Below the pieces are notes generated by a model, which had not been told where the DNA came from, ran no database searches, and worked only from the letters and a program-made list of their open reading frames with translations. Positions 1 through 10,539 of a DNA stretch of 64,000 bases are shown piece after piece (within the stretch, counting starts at the first letter, position 1; every line of letters begins with the position of its first letter). The stretch covers positions 34,035,429 through 34,099,428 of the forward strand of contig NC_068985.1 in assembly GCF_001194135.2 (NCBI RefSeq). The letters are read 5' to 3'. Source of the stretch: Octopus bimaculoides. Taxonomy: Eukaryota. A program made the translations under genes and the position numbers.

Positions 1-333
1 GCAAAAAATTGGATTCTTCACGCCGACAATGCACCCTGTCACCGAGCTCTCCTCACTCGTGAGTTTCTCACTAAAAGCAACATTGTATCGCTTCAGCACC
101 CGCCCTATTCGCCAGATTTAGCACTTGCGGACTTCCATCTCTTCCCCAAAATGAAAATGCAGCTCAAAGATCGCCGTTTTAACACCGTCGTTGAGATCAA
201 GAGCAAATCGCAAAAGGGCCTCGACTCGCTTACGGGAAACGACTTCCAGGCCGGATTCCAAAAGTGGCAGGAACGCTGGGACCGGTGTATTGTTGTGCAA
301 GGGGACTATTTAGTAGATGATGTGAAAACTTAG
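1..333 (+). CDS. Mariner transposase C-terminal catalytic region (partial, open from window start)
   Basis: Uninterrupted frame with 34 residues between the 2nd and 3rd catalytic Asp, the YSPDL motif, and C-terminal WQERWDRCIVVQGDY. Stop at 331-333. Confidence 0.85.
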   Translation, partial: AKNWILHADNAPCHRALLTREFLTKSNIVSLQHPPYSPDLALADFHLFPKMKMQLKDRRFNTVVEIKSKSQKGLDSLTGNDFQAGFQKWQERWDRCIVVQGDYLVDDVKT

Positions 334-399
334 GTAAATATATATTGTTTTTTTTTTATAAAACATAACTAGTCCTGGAACTTTTTGATACCACCTCGT
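1..399 (+). mobile_element. Mariner (DD34D) transposon, 3' part with right TIR
   Basis: Frame 1 reads WILHADNAPCH...HPPYSPDLALADFHLFPKMK. Terminal sequence CTAGTCCTGGAACTTTTTGATACCACCTCGT (~369-399) is a mariner-type TIR abutting an N gap. Confidence 0.92.
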
Positions 400-537
400 N
401 NNNNNNNNNNNNNNNNNNNNNNNNNNNNNNNNNNNNNNNNNNNNNNNNNNNNNNNNNNNNNNNNNNNNNNNNNNNNNNNNNNNNNNNNNNNNNNNNNNNN
501 NNNNNNNNNNNNNNNNNNNNNNNNNNNNNNNNNNNNN
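400..537. other. Assembly gap
   Basis: N run. Confidence 1.
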
Positions 538-624
538 ATATATATATACATATGTAGAAAGTTGAAAAGTAACACGAGTTGATATGTGTAAGTAAAATAG
601 GACAATCCCCCAGCTTGTCTTCAA

Positions 625-1395
625 GCAGAGCTCTTTGATGCTGCCCCGTACTACAACAGGGCTCTGGTTGCCAGCGGGTTCAAGGATAGAAATTAGTTAC
701 ATGCCAGACCCTAGCTCCACCTCACCCTAAGAGACATGGCCACCGGAAAGTGCTGTGGTTCACAGCGCCATTTTCTTTAAACGTTAAGACCAGAGTAGGC
801 AAGATCTCCTTTAGTTTAGTTGATAGACACTTCCTCCGTACTAATAGATTCAACAAAGATATTTAATAGACATACTCTGAGATTATTCTTTAGCTGTGCA
901 CCTAGTGTAAAAAAAGATTTTAGTAGGTAGGCCTACACTTGAAGCAGAGGCAGGATGCTCATGCAGGGGTAACACATCCACTGAACAGCCACTGCAACAC
1001 GGAGACAGTTGTGTACGAGTCAGAGGTAAAGCCTCATGACCAATGGGCAACCGAGCGTATGTGGGGGCAACGGAAGGCCCCCTCAGAACCCGTTTTAACA
1101 ACCACAAGTCCTCATTCAACATCCCAGAGATACGCAACGCCACAACGCTAGCCAAGCACGTTTGGTCTTTAAAAGAAAGCGCCACCGAGTACAGCATAAA
1201 GTGGAAGATCCTGGAGAAATGCAAACCGTACTTCAATAGCAGCAGAAAATGCAGCTTATGCCTGGATGAGAAGAGAGCAATTTTAAAGGCTACCCAACGA
1301 ATGGATGTTTGACTGAATAGCAGAAGTGAGGTGTTTAATCCTTGCTCACATGAAAAGAAGTACATCCTTTCGTACCTGCGCGCCCCAACATAACT
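625..1395 (+). mobile_element. Penelope-like element fragment (RT C-terminal linker + GIY-YIG endonuclease), decayed
   Basis: ORF 1043-1312 has YVGATEGPLRTRFNNHKSSF...LAKHVWSLK...IKWKILEK...CSLCLDEK, continuing LNSRSEVFNPCSH after a stop. The upstream part is homologous to 11690-12100. Confidence 0.85.
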
Positions 1396-1676
1396 GCAAT
1401 CACAGGTCTCCGGCCTCGACCTTCCACTAATGCCCTCAGGCCCAGCAAAGAGTTTGACCAAAGCACACACCAATGCACGCACCACTATAAGGCGGACACT
1501 CGACAAAATAGACTGTCTCTCACCACCCCAACTTCTACCCCTTCACATACATTGTAACCCCCCCACACACACATTACACACCGCACGTTAACTTAAAACA
1601 CCCAATTTCTTTATCCTTTAAAGAAAGAAACTGGACCAGCGAACATAGCTATATATATATGTATATATATATATAT

Positions 1677-1860
1677 GGGAGAATATACAAATAATAACAA
1701 CAGACGAGGACAGGTGGTGTAAATAACAAAAGGATATATTAGTATGACGCTCGGGAATACGGAAAGTCTTTGACGTTTCGAGCTACGCTCTTCAACAGAA
1801 AGAATACGGAGACAAGGAGAAAAACACGGAGAAAAAAAATTGAATAGTGTTCAGTCAACG

Positions 1861-1863
<3 letters not shown>
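1677..1863 (-). mobile_element. Short PLE-derived (pseudo-LTR-like) unit flanked by (TA)n on both sides
   Basis: ~190 bp of unique sequence between two TA arrays, containing an HHR-like motif on the minus strand. Confidence 0.55.
1767..1803 (-). ncRNA. Minimal type I hammerhead-like motif (core variant)
   Basis: Minus strand: TCTTT-CTGTTGA-A-GAGC gta GCTC-GAAACGTC-AAAGA. Stems I and II pair, stem III is the palindrome ACGT, and A6 is replaced by T. Confidence 0.55.
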
Positions 1864-1904
<41 letters not shown>

Positions 1905-2340
1905 ACACTCCCAGAAAAAAATTTATGCACATCTCATCCCCACAGGAGCACCAGACTTAATAATGCACACTTTCCCCACAAACACTTTAAGATAACTCTT
2001 ACCGGCCTCACAGCATACCCAACCAAGGGATATAATTCCAGACCCATTTTCGTTTCACCACCTTTTTCACAGCAACCGCTGACCGGTTGTGTTAATCCAC
2101 TTCCGACAATAGAGAAGAGTCACCATATTCTCTTCCATATAGGCTAACTCTGATGAGCATAAGGTTATATACTCGGATTATTACATAAGACTCCATCGTA
2201 TTCCTCGCGTGAAACCTATTGGAAAAATCAGCCGTGATGGATATATAATACCATATATTTCGGATTATATATATATACACATGAGTTTGTCTAAGAGCCC
2301 ATAAGTCAGGGAGAAGATATACTCGTATATCTGTCCGTAG

Positions 2341-2922
2341 CAAAGGGAGATAATCACCTTGGGTTTTATCCTCAAAAACGGGGCTTTTCACCCTCTATAT
2401 TTTAAAGCGCTGTCATCTTCGGTTACCAAAGCACCACGAAAGTGGCCTTGGCTATTTGTTTCCGGCTGCGGTGCCGCCATGCGAATTCCAAAAGGCCAAC
2501 AGTAATTTTCTAAAATGCAGGCATGGTCCGAAAATCTCTGTCCTGGAGTTCAGGATTCTCCCTGACACGAGCGAGTCCTTAAGGATCCTCGTGCGTTCGG
2601 CAATGCATAACTTTTCGTTATGTTGGGGCTTGGGTTCTCGAGTATTTTTCATGCGATTGAGTATGGAATCTCTTCGTCTCCTAATTGCCAGATATGGTTG
2701 ACTAGCGATGTCCCGCATCTCCTTTCCGGGACTCATCAAGAGAACAGATGATTGGAAATACGCTGTTTGAGAGAGTTCCCAGTGCACCCTACGTACTTCT
2801 GTGTGCTTTGGTGACCGCAAGATGGCAGCGCGGCCGAAGATCGATGAACAATGGCAAAGGGAGATAATCACGTACGGTTTTTACCCTTAAAAACGAGGCT
2901 TTTCCCCCGCCATATTTTAAAG
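2341..2922 (-). mobile_element. 5'-truncated Penelope-like GIY-YIG fragment bracketed by direct and inverted repeats
   Basis: Minus strand with frameshifts: YVGCTGNSLKQRISNH, LVNHIWQL, LCIAERTRILK, LNSRTEIFGPCLH. Direct repeats at 2341-2407 and 2855-2922. Inverted repeats at 2407-2434 and 2803-2831. Confidence 0.75.
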
Positions 2923-2974
2923 AGGTCTCAGGCCAGCAGTGTTTGGGGTCTGAAGATACGCCGTAAGGCTAAAC

Positions 2975-3158
2975 CTCCTTGGCACAAGGCCCGAAATTTT
3001 GGGGGAGGAGGCCAGTCGATTAGATCAACCCCAGTACGCAACTGCTACTTAATTAATCGCCCCTGAAAGGATGAAAGGCAAACTCGACCTCGGTGGAATT
3101 TGAACTCAGAGCGTGGAGACAGACGAAATACCGCTATGCATTTCGCCTGGCGTGCTAT
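2975..3158 (-). mobile_element. tRNA-derived SINE, family B
   Basis: Reverse complement of the copy at 57666-57900 (B box GAGTTCAAATTCC and the CTTTCATCCTTTC central domain). Confidence 0.85.
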
Positions 3159-3184
3159 TACTATATATATATATATAGTAATGA

Positions 3185-3560
3185 AGTCTTTAGGATGCCT
3201 CTTTGTTTAGAAGACCATGAAATCTTTAGCCTCTGTTGTGTCACTAATGTGTTTGCATTTATGTATGTGGTGTTCTCTGTTGTCCTTTCATTGTATTGAT
3301 TCCAAGTTGTTGATGGTTTTTCCTTGGGTATGGTCTGTATATAGGGCTAGTATTTACCACGATGGAGGTATAGATGGTTGAACTTCATGAGCATATATGA
3401 GATTTTATTGCATTTTTTCAGGGAATGTATAAGTCAAAAATTACATTGTGGTTCATATTATGCGATGCCAGATATTTAAATTGATTTTCACTAAGTGTTA
3501 ATTGTTGATTTAATGGGTAGCCATATTCCACAAGGTCAATTGTCTCAAGCGCACAGTTGG
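3185..3560 (-). mobile_element. Decayed CR1/L2/Jockey-type RT C-terminal fragment
   Basis: Minus-strand frameshifted SPIYRPYPRK..INNLESIQ resembles the SPVWSPY...I..LE.IQ motif. Confidence 0.4.
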
Positions 3561-3584
3561 AGATACTGAATTTCATTTTCCATG

Positions 3585-3715
3585 TATGAAAGCTGGAAAA
3601 GCAGCTGGTCCATCAGGGATAGTGGCTGAAGTGTTGAAAATATCGAGCAAAGTAGGTCACACACTAGTCACCCACACAGCCACTCAAATAGTACAGTGAG
3701 ATTCATATGTAATGA
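3585..3715 (+). mobile_element. RTE LINE fragment
   Basis: MKAGKAAGPSGIVAEVLKIS, homologous to KAPGPSRITAEMLKIS at ~60650-60710. Confidence 0.7.
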
Positions 3716-3910
3716 CAGTGTAGATTGTCATTATCAACTGTAACAAAGCAAACATAATGCTCTGAAGCAATTTTTTTTTCAAGGTGGAACGCACATCTCG
3801 CCGGTTGGGTATGGGTTACTTTTGAATAGAGCCTAAGTAAGTAAACATAAAACTTACCATAAAATATATAATATAAAACTTACGATAAAGTTTGAAAAGT
3901 TCTTTTGAAT

Positions 3911-3947
<37 letters not shown>

Positions 3948-3974
3948 GATTATTTTTGGTCGTTATGTGTATAA

Positions 3975-4022
3975 CTTGCCTGAAGATCCTGCGCACCCAC
4001 AGGCGAAACTTAGAGTAGCAAG
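3975..4022 (+). ncRNA. Type I hammerhead ribozyme motif
   Basis: CTTGC-CTGAAGA-T-CCTG(8 nt)CAGG-C-GAAACT tag AGTA^GCAAG. Stem I CTTGC/GCAAG, stem II CCTG/CAGG, stem III ACT/AGT. Confidence 0.7.
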
Positions 4023-4106
4023 AGACTGACTCGACCAAAATAAAATATATTATTAATATCTCCTATGTTATTAAGTACTCTTTCCCCCCGACAGTTAACA
4101 CTAACC

Positions 4107-4159
<53 letters not shown>

Positions 4160-4409
4160 ATACACTTGCTTTGTCCGGTCATTTTGGGGTGCGTACTCTT
4201 TCTTTATATATTTTCTTTTTCAAAAATCGTATGGAGCATTAAGAGTGAAAAGGTTAAGAAACATTGCCTTAAAGAGAGGGACAACTTCACAAGCATAAAA
4301 TTAATAAACTAGATTATGAAAGTTATTGAGAGTTAGTTTTAGCATAACTGATTATGAAGAGAATCAGACTAGATGAGGTACAGTGCGAGTTCTCTGTTCC
4401 TGGCAAGAC

Positions 4410-5645
4410 AAGCTCTTGGTGAGAAGTATGACTAAACCACTCTCGAGCATTCGTTGACATGGAGAGGGCCTTTACAAGGATTCGACAAGGAACTACTTTG
4501 TGGTCTTGTGGCCGCGAAGAAAACGATGCTGATGAATGGGTTGTAAGTTGTAAGTCGTGCATGCCATGTACAGAAGAGTAGCAACTAAGGTGAAAGTTGA
4601 TAATTAGTTCAGTGACGAATTTAACGTGCAACTGGATGTCAATCAGGGCTCAGTTATCAGCCTTTTATTCATTATAGTTCTTGTTGGTTGTTCACAGGAA
4701 TACCTGTATAGCCTAGATTCATAGTTAAATCTATGGAAGATTTAGAGAGGAAATCCTAAACGTAGAAGCAAAGTCTAGAATTGAGAAGCTTCAACCTAAA
4801 CTAATTACAGACTAACATTTTAATTTGTATGATAGAAAGCAGGACACGATTGCCATCACGGTTGTGACTGTACTTGATGTACCAAAGTAGCATTGGTAAA
4901 AATTCCATATGGCATTTCCCTATGGACGCACAAGAGGTATAAGGAGTCACAGGTAATCTGGCAGTGAAGGTAGATTTCATACATAGTAGGTGCACAAGAG
5001 TAGCCAACAGCAAAGGTGCACGTGAAATAGATTCCTTTTGCATGTTCGAAAACTTCCCTAAAAGTAGCTGATCGCTGTTGTTACCTAGGTGACGTAATTA
5101 GTTACAAAAGTGTGTGTTCTAAAAACATGGCCGCCAGAGTAAGATCAGAATGCAAAACCTCAGGGAACAATTACTTCTACCAGTAAGAAAGTGCTTCTCT
5201 CTCAGAGTAAAAGGAAGATTGTATGCTGCTTATATACGAAGTGCGATGCTGCGTGATAGTGATACGTGGGCCTTGAATACAGAAAATTTGTGAAGTCTAG
5301 ATAGAAATGAAACGAGCATACTCCACTAAATATATAATGGTAGTATACAAAAACAATGGAGTACAAATGAAACTGGCAATAAAAGGAATTTTATGTAGCA
5401 TGCAACGATGAAGTCTACACTGGTACAAGCATGTGGTGCTTATGTTTTCAATTGTATAAAGAAGTGTCATACATTTCAAGTGGATGGAATTTGTGCAAAA
5501 GGGAGACAAGGAAGCATTGGGAGAAAATGATAAAAACGGATCTCAAGAGGCTGAACTTCACGAAGGAGATGACGAAAGACTGCATTAAGTCGCGAAATAT
5601 TGCGTTAAAGAAGACCCATCCAAGCCATATGATAAATGAACTTTA
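4410..5645 (+). mobile_element. Decayed RTE LINE, RT through 3' end
   Basis: Degenerate AFVDMERAF (gcattcgttgacatggagagggcc), QGSVIS (cagggctcagttatcagc) and the GRPRKTW-equivalent region. Collinear with the minus-strand copy at 58940-61265. Confidence 0.75.
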
Positions 5646-5825
5646 AAAAATTATTATACGTAATTATAATCATAACCTTAGAGGTTGGGACGCTTAATTA
5701 TTACATCTGGGCCTCTCTCGCCCAATATGTTCTTGTTAAATTTTCGTGCTTCCAATCATCTTGGTGGTCATTCGCGAAATTCTTACATCTGGTTATTTTA
5801 AAATCTTACAGTAACGGTAAGACTA

Positions 5826-6240
5826 TTCGCTGATATAGCCTAAGAATATTGCTTCATGTCTGGAGCTCAGATTGACTCCCACTATAGTTCATATTTAATT
5901 TTAATTAACAATTCGGTCATGTTAGTTCAACTTTTAGTAGGAATAGCCATTTTACTACAGCAAGTGTGCTTGCACCTACTTTGCCATTAAGTTTTCATGC
6001 AGCAAGCGTCCAAGGTTATTCTTCTCTGTGCATCATTTTAATATATTACGCAACTCGGTTTCACGAAAGACCTACACCTCCCTAATTGTTATATGATCTG
6101 GCAGAACCGGTTAAATTATGTTTCGCTGATGGGTATAAGAGTACCGAAACATGTCTGGAGTAGTAACCTTATGGTTATAAACCAGACTCACTCTCTGCTG
6201 CATTCCATATTTAATTTAGTTTAATTAATTAGATTTCGTG
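5826..6240 (+). repeat. Imperfect direct repeat, period ~296 bp, each unit with an HHR-derived motif
   Basis: TTCGCTGAT...CATGTCTGGAG at 5826-5865 and 6122-6160, each followed by CATATTTAATTT. Confidence 0.6.
6121..6160 (+). ncRNA. Degenerate minimal type I hammerhead motif
   Basis: CTGATG-GGTA taagag TACC-GAAACATGTC^TGGAG. Stem III is the palindrome ACATGT. A9 is missing and stem I is mostly wobble pairs. Confidence 0.5.
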
Positions 6241-6464
6241 GTTCTCTCTGTTTTTACTGACAAGAAATAGGCATGTAGATAATGATTGCTCTCATTTGTA
6301 TGGATATAATTTCACTTAAAATTTCTTGCTTTAATGCGCCAAGTATGCTAGAGCATAACAGTTCTTTGCGGTTAAATGCGAATTGACAATGTAGCGAGTC
6401 AAAAATACTTTTTAGCTATAGTTTGTTTCAGAACTTTCTCAGTTCTAAACAATGAAATTTGGCA

Positions 6465-6606
6465 TCAAATTCCGCCAAGGTCGACTTTGTCTTTCATCCT
6501 TATGGGGTCGATAAATTAAGAATCATTTGCGTACTAGGGTCGCTCTAATCGACTGCCCCCCCCCCTACCCCAAAATTTCGGGCCTTGTATCTAGAGTAGA
6601 AAAGAA
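6465..6606 (+). mobile_element. SINE family B, 5'-truncated
   Basis: TCAAATTCCGCCAAGGTCGACTTTGTCTTTCATCC... Confidence 0.8.
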
Positions 6607-7151
6607 TACAGAGCACACTGTATAATATAGTTTTAGATACATTTTTCTGAAAACACAGCATGGGTAAATCTGGAAGTTGGATCAGGGCTAAACAATAGCA
6701 AAAATTCAATGCTATGTTAGATTTTCTTTCGTTCATACGAAAACTTGACGATTACTATAACTTTTACAAAGACTATGGTAAAGAGCAAACTCATTCTCTC
6801 ATGCTGAATTTTGCTTTGAGTCAAGAGTGTGTTTATTAATGTAGGCACAATATATTCCGTTAAAATGTATATGATCAAGAAGCTAGTGTCTTCGTATTAC
6901 ATAATAAAGAAAAAAGTAATCGATAATGTAAGTTAATCAATGAGACCTGCATTGTACATTGTCTGTGACTTTTCCTTACAGTTACAAAATTTCGACTGAT
7001 ATTTATTTATTTATTTTCAGTATGTGAGAAATAGTTAACCTTTGTTTATTTCGAAAAATAATTATCTCCCTTCCTGAAGCACACTGACATCTCTGCGTTC
7101 TTTTTTAGAATCAAGGGTTCGAGTAATCCTTACTAAGACATAGATCTAAGC

Positions 7152-7389
7152 CAGTGGTTCTCAACTATTTTTGCCTGCGGACCCCTTTGATTCCTATTTA
7201 ACTCTACCGGACTTCCATAACCATTTGATGTTTTAAAAATTCCATTATATTTTTATAATATTATTAGGAACTGTATAAAAAAAATTAATATTTTGTGTAT
7301 TGTAAAACCAATTTATTGCATATAAATTTTAACAACAAAATCTTATATGGATCCCCAAGGGCCATATGAACACCAGTTGAGAACCACTG
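7152..7389. mobile_element. hAT (Charlie-like) MITE
   Basis: Perfect 14-bp TIR CAGTGGTTCTCAAC/GTTGAGAACCACTG. Flanks ATCTAAGC and AGCTAAAC match at 6/8 (decayed 8-bp TSD). Confidence 0.85.
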
Positions 7390-7597
7390 AGCTAAACTGT
7401 CATAGATAATTTAATTTCTTTCACAGGAGATATTTAACTCGTCACTACAAGCCAATGAATCACACTTAAAATGCTGTGGTCCATTTTCTGACCAGGATAC
7501 AAATTCCCGACTTATTGGCAGCTCTCTGTTTCAGAACCGTTACTGTAAAATGAATAAGCAGCGATAAAATGATTCTCCTCTTCAACATCCTGTATCT

Positions 7598-7812
7598 TTA
7601 ACCCGTTAGTGTTTAAACCGACCATATCTGGCCCAAATATTCTTACTGTCACAAGTTCAAACTGGCCAGATCTGGCGTCTCACACCCGCCCTACAATGTC
7701 ATTTTAAAAACAATCACTTCAATGAAATATCAAGGCTACTAATTAATTCATGATTAATTGAAAGCAATATGAATAAATAAGCATTACATTTGACTGAGTA
7801 ATCGGAATGCTA
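7598..7812 (+). mobile_element. piggyBac-like MITE (TTAA-CCC start, right end eroded)
   Basis: TTAACCCGTTAGTGTTTAAACCGACCATATCTGG. The same left end recurs at 61362. Confidence 0.55.
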
Positions 7813-8554
7813 GTGTTGACGCGACCTTGCTGTCGCTAAGTTTAACTTAAACCTAAAGATTACCAACATTATATTAGTATTACACATATACTAATAAAAT
7901 GGGTGGATAAGAAAAAAATGCATGCATCTCCGTGATACGGAGGAGTTGTGTTCATAATCTTGTCCGTAACGTGAAGTTCCGTAACGCGAAATGTACGTGC
8001 CCTTTAACTTTCAAGTTTGTGAAGACAGACTTCGCGTTGCGAGGCAAAAATTTTTCAAGAACGAAACGCAGGGATGCTTATAATAATATAGAAAAGGGGA
8101 AATATAAGACCACATAGCGCATACTAGAATACATAGTGCATATTATCTCCTTTACAATTGCATCCGGAGAAACAGGGACACATTTTCTTTTTATATTAGG
8201 AAAAACGAAACTGAAATAAAATTTAAAAAATAGAAAAGAGGTGTTCTTGGGTTTATTGTGAATAAAAAGTGTAATCCAGCTTCCTACTTTATTCACCTGC
8301 ATAATGTTTTGTATAGCCAGTTATAAACATTTAATTTTTCTAATAGTTTTCAAAAATTAACAGACCAATAATTAATGAACTTATGTTATTAATACACACC
8401 TTCATATTCAGAATTTCTCTAAACAACATGAATTATACCGCCAAAGGAAATTGTTAAAATGTTTTGTTAATACGTACATGTATGCATGCATGTATGTATC
8501 GTAATATATGTATGTATTTATGCATATATTACCATCTTTTACATTTTGATTTTA

Positions 8555-8630
8555 AACCCTAAGGCCAAACTTTGTCTTTAGCCCTTCCGAGATCGATAAA
8601 AGTTCCAGTGAAATACTGGAGTGCATTTAA
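8555..8630 (+). mobile_element. SINE family B fragment
   Basis: Degenerate central domain (CTTTGTCTTTAGCCCTTCCGAGATCGATAAAA). Confidence 0.5.
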
Positions 8631-9553
8631 TAATCCGGCAAAGCATCCTAGAGGTGAACTGAATTGTTATTTTGGTTTTTGACTCTCCAATTTTTTACAT
8701 TACACAATCAAAGGATTCAGCCAAAATATTTTTGATTGAAGGAGAAATCTGAAATATGGAAGAAAACAAATCTAAAACAAAAGCGGAATGCGGTATTTAC
8801 TGAGGGAAACTAAAAGTCAAATTTTCTATCTTGTAGTGACTGTTTATACTTTAATTTGAATTACCTGCTTCTTCTACAAATTGTGACATCAACGCTTTGA
8901 CTCTACATTTCGTAATAAAATTATCTTTATTTATAAAGGCACATCAAGTAATGGTATGCATTTATATATGTACAAGGTGATCTCTTATGATATGAGCTAT
9001 TTTGATTTCCACGAAAATTCACCAATTATAGACATTTTGAGGTCAAAAAGAGACACAGTAGGGAGATAGAATCAGTGAGAGAAAGAGAATGAGAATACGA
9101 GAGATAAAGAGGTGAATAATGAGGCGGTCAAACAAAAAAAAAAAAAAGGAAAGAGTGAACACATTGATAGAAATAAATGAAAAGAATAAATGAAGAATTA
9201 ATTAGAACAAAAGTAATTGGCTCAAAAATTAAAAGCATTTCTGAACTGTATCACCACTTAACATTTATAGGACCTATTAATATATTTACACGAAACACTT
9301 TAATTTACAGTATTCAAACGTTAGTAATATCAACCATGAGTGAGAGTAAAGTTACACTAAGTCAGTTTAATCAGGTGGGGGTAGAGTTAAGGAATTATTT
9401 TAATTCCCAAATAATCCTATAGTTACTCGTTTTCATATTTATTATTTTTAGTGGTGTGACAGTGGTCGATTTATGTGTGTGCGTATGTGCGTGTGTATGT
9501 ATGCATGTTATAGCAATATATTTTATATATTACGCATAGATGAACCTATACAC

Positions 9554-9591
<38 letters not shown>

Positions 9592-9598
9592 ATATATA

Positions 9599-9700
9599 NN
9601 NNNNNNNNNNNNNNNNNNNNNNNNNNNNNNNNNNNNNNNNNNNNNNNNNNNNNNNNNNNNNNNNNNNNNNNNNNNNNNNNNNNNNNNNNNNNNNNNNNNN
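9599..9700. other. Assembly gap
   Basis: N run between microsatellites. Confidence 1.
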
Positions 9701-9706
9701 ATATAT

Positions 9707-10119
9707 ATATTGTTGTACTTCGGGACGGTCATTTTATTTATTATTATTTTTCTTTCCAAATAAACACACGCACTATATATTTTTCTCTTCACTCGTTTAT
9801 TACTGTTATTTCATTATTTTAACTCCTGTCCATTGTCCAGAAATCTTTCGTCACACATCATTGACCTCTTCAGCGACACTTTTCGTTTCCGTGTGTTCTT
9901 GCGCCATTCTCTCCATTCTCGAGAAGTGGAGCAAGAACACACACGGAAACGAAGTGACGCTGAAGAGGTCAATGACGTGTGACGAAAGATTTCCGGACAA
10001 TGGACAGGCGTTAAAATAATGAAATAATAGTGATAAACGGGTGAATGAAAAAAAATAGTGTGTGTTTATTAGGCAAAAAAAATAATAAATAAAATGATCA
10101 TCCTGAAGTACAACAATAT
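9707..10119. repeat. 413-bp near-perfect loopless palindrome (fold-back element)
   Basis: ATATTGTTGTACTTCGGGACGGTCATTTT... mirrored by ...AAAATGATCATCCTGAAGTACAACAATAT. Centre is TTCTC|GAGAA at 9920/9921. Confidence 0.92.
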
Positions 10120-10336
10120 CTGTTTCAACACACGATTTCACATCAGGAATCTTGCAAAAGGAATTGATAAACACACGCACGCACGCACGCATACACACAC
10201 ACACATGCCATTTATAAAAAATATAAACCTGAAAGGAGAAGCAGACTCTAAGATGTAGAGCAATATATATTAAAAATGGGGTAGGCCGGTTTATGGGATA
10301 AGCTTAGGTTTCCTGTCCATAAAGGGTTTAGCATTA

Positions 10337-10510
10337 TTGCGTATTATCATATGGTTCTATGGTTCTAAATTCGCTAAAATCAAAAAAAGAACTATTCTCT
10401 TATTTTTTTACTCTTTCTCAAAGTATATTTTCTCTTTTTAAAAATATTTATGTAGGTTATATTTTATATGTAAAATTCTATTGCCTTGAATTTTAACTCA
10501 ATAAATACAT
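10337..10510 (+). repeat. Unclassified ~170-bp interspersed repeat (copy 1)
   Basis: Near-identical reverse complement of 20040-20208. Confidence 0.8.
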
Positions 10511-10539
10511 GACCTCTTAAAAATGGAATTATGGAATCA

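Noticed and set aside
2150-2220. CTGATGA...GAAAC with spacing similar to the 13341 hammerhead
   Set aside because: Stem II is poorly paired and there is no NUH cleavage triplet or stem I. At most a dead relic.
2706-2739. Minus-strand TTGATGA-GTCCCG...CGGGAC hairpin resembling half a hammerhead
   Set aside because: It lacks the GAAA strand and lies within the PLE endonuclease coding remnant. Probably coincidental.
7427-7567. Possible exon after TTTCTTTCACAG encoding ...HLKCCG... (tetraspanin-like CCG)
   Set aside because: No downstream PXSC-type motifs, no clear donor before the stop, and no partner exons. A three-residue match is insufficient.
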